55,632 nt of DNA from sequence record SRR2962707_1079; one strand, written 5' to 3'. Of this stretch, positions 10,305-20,470 are shown one piece after another (position 1 is the stretch's first letter; every line of letters starts with the position of its first letter). Both the position numbers and the translations under genes were made by a program. The notes below the pieces were generated by a model. The model was given only the letters and a program-made list of their open reading frames with translations, was not told where the DNA came from and did no database searches.

Positions 10305-10508
10305 ATGAAAAAGCAACTTAGACCTTGGTTAGAAGGATTGGCCGTAGGTTGTGTGTTTATCAGCATCACCATGCTGTTTCAAATTCCACTGTATATGAGT
10401 TTTATTATTGGTGCTTTGGCCGCACTTGGCGGTTACCGCAATTCGATTAAGATGGATCGTGCTAAAAACGACAAAAAAACCGATAGCAGCACATCGGATT
10501 CAGAGTAA
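10305..10508 (+). CDS. Small hypothetical membrane protein (67 aa, 2 TM)
   Basis: GGAG RBS, two hydrophobic segments, stop abuts the next ATG (TAAATG). Confidence 0.7.
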   Translation: MKKQLRPWLEGLAVGCVFISITMLFQIPLYMSFIIGALAALGGYRNSIKMDRAKNDKKTDSSTSDSE

Positions 10509-10943
10509 ATGACAGATTCTTTTCGTCCACCTTATGGCGAAGGCGATGGAACATTGCAAGCCGTCGGTGGATTATCGGGGTTGCAAACATTGGTCGAAAC
10601 CTTCTATCGACTAATGGAAAATACGCCAGAATTTCGGCCGTTATTCGACATGCACCCCAATAACATCGAGCTGACTATTGAAAAACTCGTGGCTTTCTTA
10701 TCCGGTTGGATGGGAGGAGAACGTTTATTTTCGAAAAAGTTCGGCCCCATTAGCCTACCGCAAGCCCATGCTCACTTGGTCGTCACCGAGAAGGAAAAGG
10801 CCATGTGGCTCAATTGCATGGAAGCGGCGTTAATCGAGCTAGGTTACCAAGACGAACTACGCGCTTATTTGCTTACTAAGCTTGAGTTTCCTGCAGAGCG
10901 GGTCCGTCAAGTCAGTGCTGCCCGCCATGGTCATAGCGACTAA
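10509..10943 (+). CDS. Group II truncated haemoglobin (2/2 globin)
   Basis: VGG...LVETFY, MHP, FLSGWMGGERLF, LPQAH (proximal His), WLNCM. Confidence 0.9.
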   Translation: MTDSFRPPYGEGDGTLQAVGGLSGLQTLVETFYRLMENTPEFRPLFDMHPNNIELTIEKLVAFLSGWMGGERLFSKKFGPISLPQAHAHLVVTEKEKAMWLNCMEAALIELGYQDELRAYLLTKLEFPAERVRQVSAARHGHSD

Positions 10944-12526
10944 CTTTTTATTTCCTTTCCTACACTGATGCCTAAGCGCTTGGCTAATCGTGTCAAATTG
11001 GCACGATCCATCGCTAAAGAGCGCGCGGCTTGCGACCAGTTTCCATGTGCTGCTTCCAGTGCATGGCGAATTCTATCCTTTTGATATCGCTCAGTTTCTA
11101 GTCGTAAGTCGATAGGTTCAAAGCCAGCTTCTTGAGGTGATTCAAGCGCGGTTTCTGTTGTTTGTACCTTTTCTTGATAAGAGTTATCAACCTGTAACCC
11201 TGTTAGATGCTGCGGCGTAATAATAGTGATGCCTGTGGGCGCATCCGCTTTAGCAAATAGGGCAGCCCGAGAAATAACATGCTCTAACTCTCGAACGTTT
11301 CCAGGCCAATGGTACGCTTCTAACAAGGTGATGGCGGCGGCCGACAACGTCAGCTGTTGAAGCCCGAGTTTGCGGCGAAAACTTTCGGCAAAAAAGCCCG
11401 CTAATAGAGGAATGTCACCTTGCCGTTCTTTTAATGAAGGCACTTGAATAGGAAAAACACTAAGTCGATGAAAAAGGTCTGAGCGAAAACGATGCTCTGC
11501 CACTTCTTGCTCTAGTCGTCGGTTGGTCGCCGCGATAATACGAACGTCGACTTTGCGAATATCGTCCTTACCTACCGCTTGTATCTCTTGGTTTTGAATC
11601 GCTCTTAACAAACTGCCTTGTACTTCTAGTGGCAGCTCTCCAATCTCATCGAGAAAGAGGGTGCCTCCATCCGCTAAGACAAACTTGCCTTCGCGATCAC
11701 GATCGGCGCCGGTGAACGCGCCTTTTACGTGTCCGAACAGCTCACTTTCAATCAAATTCTGCGGGATAGCGGCACAATTCACATACACCATGGGCAAATT
11801 GCTGCGATTGGAAGCATGATGCAAAGCGCGCGCGACCAGCTCTTTACCAACCCCGGTTTCACCTTCAATCAAAATGGCAAAATCAGAAGGAGCAACCAAC
11901 TTAATCGCTTGATAAAGCGTTTTCATCACGTCACTTTGACCGATCATTTCATGGCCATCGTTGACTCTTGAATGCTCGTTCATCGCTTGCAAAGCATGCT
12001 CTGCTCGTTGTGACTTCGCTTCTAGCTGCTCCATTAAAATCGCAGTATTCAACGTCATCGCCGCCATGGTGCCAATGATTTCAAGCGCTCGCGAATCAAT
12101 ATCATCAAACACATTCGGAGTAATGCTGTCTAACGTCACCACGCCAATCAAAGTGCCATCCAAGTACAAAGGCACACCCATGCAAGAATGCACCCGCAGA
12201 TGCTCATCGTGACCAAGCACCATGCCATCGTAAGGATCGGGCAAAGCGGAATCAGCAGGAAATCGAACCGGATAATGACCCGCACAGATTTCACGCAAGC
12301 GTGGGTGCTCAGCAATGGTAAAACGACGCCCCATTAGGTCTTCCGACAACCCCCGTTGAGCTATCGGTGTCAACACACCATGATGATGTATCAATAGCAC
12401 CACAGCATCACAATTAATCGTTGCTCGAACCGCATACACTAGCTGTTCAAATCGATTAGTCTGTGTGACTGCACTCGCCAAATCGAGGGCAAAGCTCAGC
12501 AAGGCATTGTTGGACACCTGATTCAT
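10940..12526 (-). CDS. norR: NO-sensing sigma54 activator NorR
   Basis: GAF domain (LMGRRF, HPR, LPDPYDG, VHSCMG), AAA+ (GETGVGKE, GAFTGA, FLDEIGEL), C-terminal HTH; divergent from hmp. Confidence 0.95.
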   Translation of the reverse strand: MNQVSNNALLSFALDLASAVTQTNRFEQLVYAVRATINCDAVVLLIHHHGVLTPIAQRGLSEDLMGRRFTIAEHPRLREICAGHYPVRFPADSALPDPYDGMVLGHDEHLRVHSCMGVPLYLDGTLIGVVTLDSITPNVFDDIDSRALEIIGTMAAMTLNTAILMEQLEAKSQRAEHALQAMNEHSRVNDGHEMIGQSDVMKTLYQAIKLVAPSDFAILIEGETGVGKELVARALHHASNRSNLPMVYVNCAAIPQNLIESELFGHVKGAFTGADRDREGKFVLADGGTLFLDEIGELPLEVQGSLLRAIQNQEIQAVGKDDIRKVDVRIIAATNRRLEQEVAEHRFRSDLFHRLSVFPIQVPSLKERQGDIPLLAGFFAESFRRKLGLQQLTLSAAAITLLEAYHWPGNVRELEHVISRAALFAKADAPTGITIITPQHLTGLQVDNSYQEKVQTTETALESPQEAGFEPIDLRLETERYQKDRIRHALEAAHGNWSQAARSLAMDRANLTRLAKRLGISVGKEIKS

Positions 12527-12556
12527 TCTTTTTCCCTATCAACCCATTAATCTTGA

Positions 12557-12611
12557 GTCATTTTGACACAGAAGAAACTAAATGACCTATTTTTATTTAG
12601 GTCTAAATGAC
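12557..12611. promoter_or_regulatory. Three NorR enhancer sites (GT-N7-AC)
   Basis: GTCATTTTGAC 12557-67, degenerate AACTAAATGAC 12576-86, GTCTAAATGAC 12601-11. Confidence 0.8.
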
Positions 12612-12664
12612 TCACTTTTAAAATAAAAAATCGTAAAGTATTGAAATATATGAATTTATTTTAT

Positions 12665-12680
12665 TGGCACGCCTTTCGCA
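12665..12680 (+). promoter_or_regulatory. Sigma54 (-24/-12) promoter of hmp
   Basis: TGGCAC-GCCTT-TCGCA with GG and GC 12 nt apart, downstream of the NorR sites. Confidence 0.88.
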
Positions 12681-12735
12681 ATAGAAGGAGTAATTGATAT
12701 TTAACGACGACATTTCAGTAGAAAGGAGCACCACA

Positions 12736-13929
12736 ATGCTATCGCAGAAACACATAGATACAGTAAAAGCGACTATCCCATTACTAGCCTCTGCCGGACC
12801 AGCCATTACTGAGCATTTTTACAAACGTATGTTTAAACACAACCCAGAGCTAAACGATGTGTTTAACATGACCAACCAAAAAACAGGCCGCCAACCTGCT
12901 GCCTTGTTCAATGCGATTGCCGCTTACGCCACACATATCGACAACTTAGAAGTGCTCACAAGCGCCGTTATGCGCATTGCTCACAAACACACAAGTTTCA
13001 ACATCCAACCAGACCAATACGACATTGTTGGTCATCACTTGATTGAGACCTTGCGTGAACTTGCTCCTGAAGCCTTCACTCAAGACGTAGAAGAAGCTTG
13101 GGGCGCCGCCTACGGTCAATTGGCTGAAATCTTCATCAAAGTGGAAGGCGATTTGTACGAGAAAAATGCCGCAGAAACCGGTGGCTGGAAAGATTTCCGT
13201 CAGTTCCGCGTGGCGTCTAAAACCCCAGAGTCTGAATTGGTAACTAGCTTTGTGTTAGAGCCTGTCGATGGTAAAGCAGTGATCGATTACACACCAGGTC
13301 AGTACCTTGGCATTAAAGTTCACCCTAAAGGCAACCAGTACGAAGAGATTCGTCAGTATTCTTTGTCTACTACTGCCAACGGCAAAAGCTACCGCATTAG
13401 CGTTAAACGTGAAGGCAGCGATGATATGGCAGGCGTCATGTCTAACTACTTACACGATCACATCAATGTCGGCGACATTGTCGAAGCCATGCCACCAGCG
13501 GGTGATTTTATCTTCGAAGATAAAGCAAAACCTGTGGTATTGATTTCTGGAGGCGTTGGCTTAACCCCTATGCAAGCGATGTTGGATACCTTCGCGAAAC
13601 AAGGTTACCGCCAACCAATTAGCTACTTACACGCTTGTGCTCACGAAGGTCAGCATTCGTTTAAAGCGCACGTAAGCAGCGTTAAAGCGCAGTTGCCTCA
13701 ACTGTCTGTTCATACTTGGTATGAACGTGCTAGAGAAACAGAAGAGGGTGTGTACGAAGGCAATATGCAACTTGCAGACATCCAAGATGAACTGCCATTA
13801 AGCGAAGGGGATTTTTACCTTTGTGGTCCAGTGGGCTTTATGATGTTCGTGAAACAGCAATTGCTCACACTGGGCGTTGAAGCGGATCGAATTCATTACG
13901 AATTATTTGGCCCACATCAAGACGTTTAA
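12736..13929 (+). CDS. hmp: Flavohaemoglobin (NO dioxygenase)
   Basis: Globin domain (FYKRMF, IAHKH, QYDIVG), FAD domain (RQYSL), NAD domain (GGVGLTP, YLCGP, YELFGP); AAGGAG RBS before ATG 12736. Confidence 0.97.
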   Translation: MLSQKHIDTVKATIPLLASAGPAITEHFYKRMFKHNPELNDVFNMTNQKTGRQPAALFNAIAAYATHIDNLEVLTSAVMRIAHKHTSFNIQPDQYDIVGHHLIETLRELAPEAFTQDVEEAWGAAYGQLAEIFIKVEGDLYEKNAAETGGWKDFRQFRVASKTPESELVTSFVLEPVDGKAVIDYTPGQYLGIKVHPKGNQYEEIRQYSLSTTANGKSYRISVKREGSDDMAGVMSNYLHDHINVGDIVEAMPPAGDFIFEDKAKPVVLISGGVGLTPMQAMLDTFAKQGYRQPISYLHACAHEGQHSFKAHVSSVKAQLPQLSVHTWYERARETEEGVYEGNMQLADIQDELPLSEGDFYLCGPVGFMMFVKQQLLTLGVEADRIHYELFGPHQDV

Positions 13930-13999
13930 GAGTGTGGTAGCAACCGCTTCTGCCCATTAGAAGCGGTTCAGCCTGAGCCGAGCAATGGCTATTTAGCCA

Positions 14000-15163
14000 T
14001 TAGCGAGGTGCTTGTTTGAAAGGCAATAATGCGTGGGTATCTTGATGATACTCACGTACCGCTTGCGCTTCTTCCTCACAGAAATTGCCAATCGCGTCAC
14101 GAAATCCTTGGTGGGCAATGTAATGCACACTATGGCTAAAAACAGGTTCAAAACCACGGGCAATCTTGTGTTCCCCTTGTGTGCCAGGATCGAAATGCTG
14201 TAACCCTTTTTCAAGACAAAACTCAATGCCTTGGTAATAACAGGCTTCAAAATGCAAACAATCCACCTCTTCCATACAGCCCCAATAGCGACCATACAGC
14301 GAATGATTGTCAAAGAAACACCAAGAAGCAGCAATCGCTTCGCCTTCTCGGTACGCCTGCACTAATAGAATTTGTTCACCCATGGTGTCTGCCAACAGGC
14401 CAAAGAACTCTCTCGTTAGATAGCCTTGCTGACCGCGCTTTGCATAGGTCGATTGGTAGCACAGGTAAAAGAAATCGATCTCAGCGGATGTCAGTTCATT
14501 GCCCAGTGTTCGCGTCAAGGTCACACCTTGTTGAACAACCTTATTACGCTCTTTGCGCGCCGCTTTACGTTTACGACTCGAGAAGTGTGAGAAATAGTCG
14601 TCCATGTCGCGATAATCACGATTAAACCAATGAAATTGACAGGAAATACGCTGTAATAGCATTTTATCGTGACGAAATAAGTCAGCGTGTTCAGGTTTGG
14701 TAAACAGCAAATGCCAACTTGAAAAGTGGCGCTCTTGATTGGCTTCTGTCATTACTTTGGCGAGCGCTGGATACAGATTAGCAAACTCCGCATCCTCGCC
14801 ATTTGGGTCCAAGTGAGAGAACAGACGAACCCCAGTAACCGGCGAAAAGGGAACCGCCCAAACGCGCTTAGGGTAATATTCCATGCCATAGCGCTGGTAC
14901 GCATCGGCCCAAGCCCAGTCAAACACAAACTCACCTTGAGAATGGGTTTTCAGGTAGGTGGGCGCGATGGCCAAAGGCTGGTCATCGTCGTCTGACACCA
15001 GTAAGTATTCTGGATACCAACCAGTGCCATCACCAATGCTATTACTTTGCTCTAATGCTTGATGGAACGCATACTGCGCAAAGGGATAACGGGTCTCTCC
15101 AATAGCAGCTTGCCAATTGGCTTCACCGATCTGATCAACGCGATTAAACCACTGCGCTTTCAT
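14000..15163 (-). CDS. GNAT/FemAB-like protein (DUF482 type)
   Basis: YLKTHSQGEFVFDWAWA, VPFSPVTG, LYGRYWG, LHFEACYYQGIE, QGEHK-ARGF. Confidence 0.88.
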   Translation of the reverse strand: MKAQWFNRVDQIGEANWQAAIGETRYPFAQYAFHQALEQSNSIGDGTGWYPEYLLVSDDDDQPLAIAPTYLKTHSQGEFVFDWAWADAYQRYGMEYYPKRVWAVPFSPVTGVRLFSHLDPNGEDAEFANLYPALAKVMTEANQERHFSSWHLLFTKPEHADLFRHDKMLLQRISCQFHWFNRDYRDMDDYFSHFSSRKRKAARKERNKVVQQGVTLTRTLGNELTSAEIDFFYLCYQSTYAKRGQQGYLTREFFGLLADTMGEQILLVQAYREGEAIAASWCFFDNHSLYGRYWGCMEEVDCLHFEACYYQGIEFCLEKGLQHFDPGTQGEHKIARGFEPVFSHSVHYIAHQGFRDAIGNFCEEEAQAVREYHQDTHALLPFKQAPR

Positions 15164-15165
15164 CC

Positions 15166-15972
15166 TTAAGCTTCCATCTCCTGACGCATTTTGGTGACCA
15201 AAGAGCTGGTTTCAGGGCGAACTTGGCGCCATAAATAAAACGATTCTGCCGCTTGGCAAACCAACATTCCTAAACCATCGACGCCTTGTGCGCCATGCTG
15301 CTCAGCCCACGTCAGAAACAATGTGCGCTCTTTACTGTAAGCCATGTCGTAACACCAGGTGTTGGCGTCGATAATGCTGTCTTTTAATGGCGGTAAGCTG
15401 CCTGAAATACTGCTGGCTGAGCCATTGATAATCACATCAAACGTCCCCTCTAATGCCTCAAAGGAAGAAGCCAGACAGCCGTATTGTTCAGCCAGCGCTT
15501 CGGCTTTAGAAACGGTTCGATTCACTATGGTGACAGAGGCGGGTTTTTCGGCCAAAACAGGTTCGAGTACACCACGTACTGCACCGCCCGCGCCAATCAC
15601 CAACAGGCGTTTACCCTGTAAGGTTTGCCCATGGTTTTTGGTGATGTCGTTGACCATGCCAACACCGTCTGTGGTATCACCAAAGATGTCGCCATTTCTT
15701 CCCATCATTAGGGTATTAACCGCACCGGCTAGCTTGGCTCGTTTACTCAGCACATCACACATATCATAAGCACGACCTTTAAAAGGCATGGTGACATTTA
15801 ACCCTTTGCCACCATTTTTAAAGAATTCTGTTACTTGCTCTTCAAAGCGCTCTTCGTCGCCTAACAGCGTCGAATAGTGTAAATCTTGTTGAGTGTTCTG
15901 CGCAAAATAGGTATGAATACTCGGCGATTTGCTGTGTGCTATAGGGTTACCAACAACTGCGTATAAATCCAC
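15166..15972 (-). CDS. aroE: Shikimate dehydrogenase
   Basis: GNPIAHSKSP, NVTMPFK, AVNT, GAGGA, DGLGMLV-QA; GTG start with GAGG RBS. Confidence 0.96.
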   Translation of the reverse strand: MDLYAVVGNPIAHSKSPSIHTYFAQNTQQDLHYSTLLGDEERFEEQVTEFFKNGGKGLNVTMPFKGRAYDMCDVLSKRAKLAGAVNTLMMGRNGDIFGDTTDGVGMVNDITKNHGQTLQGKRLLVIGAGGAVRGVLEPVLAEKPASVTIVNRTVSKAEALAEQYGCLASSFEALEGTFDVIINGSASSISGSLPPLKDSIIDANTWCYDMAYSKERTLFLTWAEQHGAQGVDGLGMLVCQAAESFYLWRQVRPETSSLVTKMRQEMEA

Positions 15973-16040
15973 GATCTAGCCTCTTTGTCTCAATATTGTT
16001 AGTCACTAGAAGATCATCTAGTAACGCTACTTTTTCGCGC

Positions 16041-17009
<969 letters not shown>

Positions 17010-17160
17010 CTACTACGCAATAACAGGCAATCGATGAGCCGCAGTTCATCATTGAAAGTGAAAGCATATGAAGCGGAGAAGCGGCGTTTCAACAAAGAAA
17101 AACCGCTTCTACAACAACATCATATTTTACGTTTCGTTTTTGAGTGTCGTCTCTTTGACG

Positions 17161-18099
17161 TTAATAAAGCTTGCTGCCGTCTGGGCGACTGCGCAGCAAA
17201 TTTAAAATCCACATGTATTGTTCAGGGTGCTCTGCAATCAGCGTTTCCATGGCTTGGTTCATGGCAATGGCGTCTTGCTCTTCATCCCCTGTCGGGAAGT
17301 TTTCTAACGCCGGTAAAATAAACAACTCATACTTACCGTTTTTAGCGTTATAGGTCGGCAACATAGGCACCACAACCCCCTTTGTCAGCTTGGCAAATTT
17401 GCCTAAACCTTTCATGGTGGCTTTGGTTTCACCGAAAAAGGGAACAAAGACAGAATGCTGCGGACCTAGATCTTCATCCGGCAAATAATAGCCTAGATAA
17501 CCCTCTTTGACGGATTTTAGAAAAGGCTTAATACCGGCTGATCGTGGGTAAATTTTGCCACCAAATTGCATGCGCTGTTTGTGAATCAACCAATCGACAA
17601 TTTCTTTTTTCTGCGGCTTCATCATGGTTGAGACTTGATAGCCCTTAGCCGCAATCATCACAGCGGCGTAATCAATCGCCCAACAGTGAGGAACCAAGGC
17701 AATGATCTTTTCGCCACGGTCTAATAATGGCAACAAATTCTCTGCGCCTATCATGACGCCTTTGGCTTGGTTGTGCTTTTTGCTGCGTACTAGCAAACCA
17801 GCATAGCCAAGAAAAAACTGCACGGCGGTTTCAAAGCAACGTGTCAAAATGTCTTCACGCTCTTCTAGTGACTTTTCTGGAAAGCAGTGTTGTAGGTTTA
17901 GGCGCGCGCGCTTTAACGCGCTGTTGTTCCGCTTCACCAAGAGGTGCGCGATCTTCGCGCCAACCTTATCTCGTATCCGAAAGGGAACAAACGCAATCAA
18001 GGCTGCAAAAAAAAGACCGAGCCAAGTCAACCAGTGTTGAGGAAGAAGAAAGCGCCACTTGAACGTAGGATTATGTAAATGTTTGTCTGTTGTGCTCAT
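17161..18099 (-). CDS. lpxM: Lipid A late acyltransferase (LpxM/MsbB type)
   Basis: HxxxxD motif (PHCWAID), GYYLPDED, FVPFFG, PEQYMW, RSRP; start at MSTTDK. Confidence 0.85.
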   Translation of the reverse strand: MSTTDKHLHNPTFKWRFLLPQHWLTWLGLFFAALIAFVPFRIRDKVGAKIAHLLVKRNNSALKRARLNLQHCFPEKSLEEREDILTRCFETAVQFFLGYAGLLVRSKKHNQAKGVMIGAENLLPLLDRGEKIIALVPHCWAIDYAAVMIAAKGYQVSTMMKPQKKEIVDWLIHKQRMQFGGKIYPRSAGIKPFLKSVKEGYLGYYLPDEDLGPQHSVFVPFFGETKATMKGLGKFAKLTKGVVVPMLPTYNAKNGKYELFILPALENFPTGDEEQDAIAMNQAMETLIAEHPEQYMWILNLLRSRPDGSKLY

Positions 18100-18501
18100 C
18101 TTGACCAATATCTTGCCTGAATGAAATAAGCCCACATAGTACATCAAGGCGAATTAGCCTCAAAATAACCACACGATTTAAATCAGAAAATAACTCGTGA
18201 AAACAAACTATTTACCCTTTTTCACTCTCTTATTTCGCACGACTAACATCCATCATGGTGTTATAACCTATGCTCAAAAGGCTGCGTTCTCACAGTTTCG
18301 CTCTGTTTTTACTTCCAAATCCTCACACCCACTTACAAATTTATGACAATTAAATACCGGAAAAAGCGCCATACTGCATTCTTTCGCTAATCGTTTACTG
18401 TATATTTACTAAGCGATTTGTTGTTCCAATTCCCCCCTCCGTCCAATGAACAAGCGGCGAGATACAGCAATTGGAAAGGTTTTACGAGCGAGCATGACAT
18501 A

Positions 18502-19911
18502 ATGACATTAGCAGAGAAGAATCAAGTAGCGCAGCTAGAAAACTTGCTGAAGTTTGCGCCTATGGCGGTCGCTGTATTCGACACCGCATCAACGCAAACC
18601 CTATTGCTTAATAACACCTTCCAAACGTTATTTGGTTACACTCTAACGGACATTCCTGACCTCGCTACCTGGTACGATAAATCCTTACCGCTTTCTGAAG
18701 CCAATGAACAAAACGTGGAGCCGTGGTTAACACGGATCGAAGAGGGCGCATCACCAAATCTGCCGCCTTCCAGCATAGAAACAAGTCTAGGAAGCAAAGA
18801 CGGCAGCGTTCGACAAGTTTGTATATCTTTGACCCTATTTGAAGGGAAAAAGTTTTTTTACGTGAACGACATAACCGATCATTTGATCATTGAGCAACGC
18901 CTGCAAGTACGCAGTGATATGCTGGAAATGGTCGCCAAAAGCTCCTCTCTGAAAGACGTACTGACGGTTATTGTTCAGCAAGTACAACGAGAAAGCCCCC
19001 CATCGCTGTGCAGCGTTTTATTGTTCGACAAACAAGAACAGCGCTTATTACTGGGAGCTGCACCAAACCTTCCAGGTTTTTACAATCAAGCAATACACGG
19101 CATCCATGTGGGACCTAACATCGGCTCTTGTGGGGCTGCGGCCTACCATAACCAACGCGTCATAGTAGAAGACATAGACACTCACACTAACTGGCAAGCG
19201 TTTACTGAATTAACACAAAAAGCAGGGCTCACCTCTTGCTGGTCAGACCCCATCAGAGACGCTGACGGCACGCTGCTCGGCACCTTCGCCATTTACAACA
19301 GCCCGTCGCCCACACCAACACAAAAAGACATTGAGCAAATTCAATTCGCCAGTAACCTTGCCAGCATTGCCATTGAAAACCACAACGCTCATCAAGAACT
19401 GGAACGCCGAGCTTATTTTGATTATCTAACGGGGCTCGCCAACCGCCGCTCCTTTTTTGAACTCAGTAGTAACCTGCTCAAACAAGCTAGCGCCTTAAAG
19501 GAAAATTGCGCGCTGCTCATGATGGACGTCGACCATTTCAAAAAAATTAACGATATTCATGGTCACGATCTCGGCGACCTAGTATTAAAACATCTGGCTA
19601 AAAACAGCCTCGCTAACCTGCCTGAAGGCGCCATTATGGGCCGTATCGGCGGTGAAGAGTTCGCTATTTTACTGCCCGACACAGACCGAGTTTCCACCTT
19701 AGAAGTGGCAGAATCCCTGCGTGAATCCCTGTCTGCAGAAGGCCTAACAAGCCACGATAAACAAACGATTTACTATACCGTTTCGCTCGGAATTACCTTC
19801 AGCTTTGGGCTGCATTGCTACACAGATGAATTACTGCGAGAAGCGGATACAGCGCTTTATAAAGCGAAACAGACAGGGCGAAATCGCGTCTGCATGTTCA
19901 ACGGCTGCTAG
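18502..19911 (+). CDS. PAS-GAF-GGDEF diguanylate cyclase
   Basis: PAS-like N-terminus, GAF (GSCGAAAY, SCWSDPI, LGTFAIY), DYLTGLANR, DVDHFK, GRIGGEEF, ALYKAK-GRNRV. Start uncertain (track 18418). Confidence 0.92.
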   Translation: MTLAEKNQVAQLENLLKFAPMAVAVFDTASTQTLLLNNTFQTLFGYTLTDIPDLATWYDKSLPLSEANEQNVEPWLTRIEEGASPNLPPSSIETSLGSKDGSVRQVCISLTLFEGKKFFYVNDITDHLIIEQRLQVRSDMLEMVAKSSSLKDVLTVIVQQVQRESPPSLCSVLLFDKQEQRLLLGAAPNLPGFYNQAIHGIHVGPNIGSCGAAAYHNQRVIVEDIDTHTNWQAFTELTQKAGLTSCWSDPIRDADGTLLGTFAIYNSPSPTPTQKDIEQIQFASNLASIAIENHNAHQELERRAYFDYLTGLANRRSFFELSSNLLKQASALKENCALLMMDVDHFKKINDIHGHDLGDLVLKHLAKNSLANLPEGAIMGRIGGEEFAILLPDTDRVSTLEVAESLRESLSAEGLTSHDKQTIYYTVSLGITFSFGLHCYTDELLREADTALYKAKQTGRNRVCMFNGC

Positions 19912-19956
19912 AGACGTTTCTTAGCCTTCTCACCAGCCTCAGCTCGTCCTTAGGCA

Positions 19957-20310
19957 CTAGCTCACATAGATAATATGCTGTTCGTTATCGTAACTGAAAT
20001 TCAGACGGATCAGGATTTGAGGCGCTTCAATATGCAACTTAGAAACAAGACTAGACGTGCCGATCTCGGCTTTCTTCGCCAACATAATTAATTGCTTTTC
20101 AAGCATGGTCCAGGCCAGATCATCCCTTGAATCATCCATGCCAACGATGGATGTAGAGGCCGTCCGCAAGCTGCGAAAATAGGCCAACGAATTCGCTTTA
20201 ATATCAAATTTATCGCCACTACCTGTTTCTACATAGCTCAGCCCACAGTGGGAAAGATGTTGTTTTAAATACATTTTCCACTGCTGCATAAACTGCTCTA
20301 AATAAGACAA
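19957..20310 (-). CDS. Hypothetical protein (117 aa)
   Basis: TTG start with purine-rich AGGAGAGAAGG upstream; fills the gap between two genes; no family recognised. Confidence 0.65.
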   Translation of the reverse strand: MSYLEQFMQQWKMYLKQHLSHCGLSYVETGSGDKFDIKANSLAYFRSLRTASTSIVGMDDSRDDLAWTMLEKQLIMLAKKAEIGTSSLVSKLHIEAPQILIRLNFSYDNEQHIIYVS

Positions 20311-20402
20311 TACCTTCTCTCCTAATTCAATCTGTCTCTATTCGGCTATAAAACTTTTCATTCATTATAACTTTATAGCGTTGACTGTTTTTTACTCAAA
20401 AT

Positions 20403-20420
20403 ATATTTTGTATCCAATAT
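20403..20420. promoter_or_regulatory. Putative GntR (HypR-like) operator
   Basis: ATATTTTGTATCCAATAT, an imperfect palindrome resembling TTGTATACAA-type GntR boxes, upstream of the hydroxyproline operon. Confidence 0.5.
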
Positions 20421-20470
20421 CCAATTGTGAGATAACAAGAAACACAAACCAACAACAAGAGGCGCGGACA

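Noticed and set aside
18398-18413. CTGTATATTTACTAAG as a LexA box
   Set aside because: The right half-site is not ACAG/CCAG and the adjacent genes are not SOS genes. I also found no LexA box upstream of the dinF-like gene.
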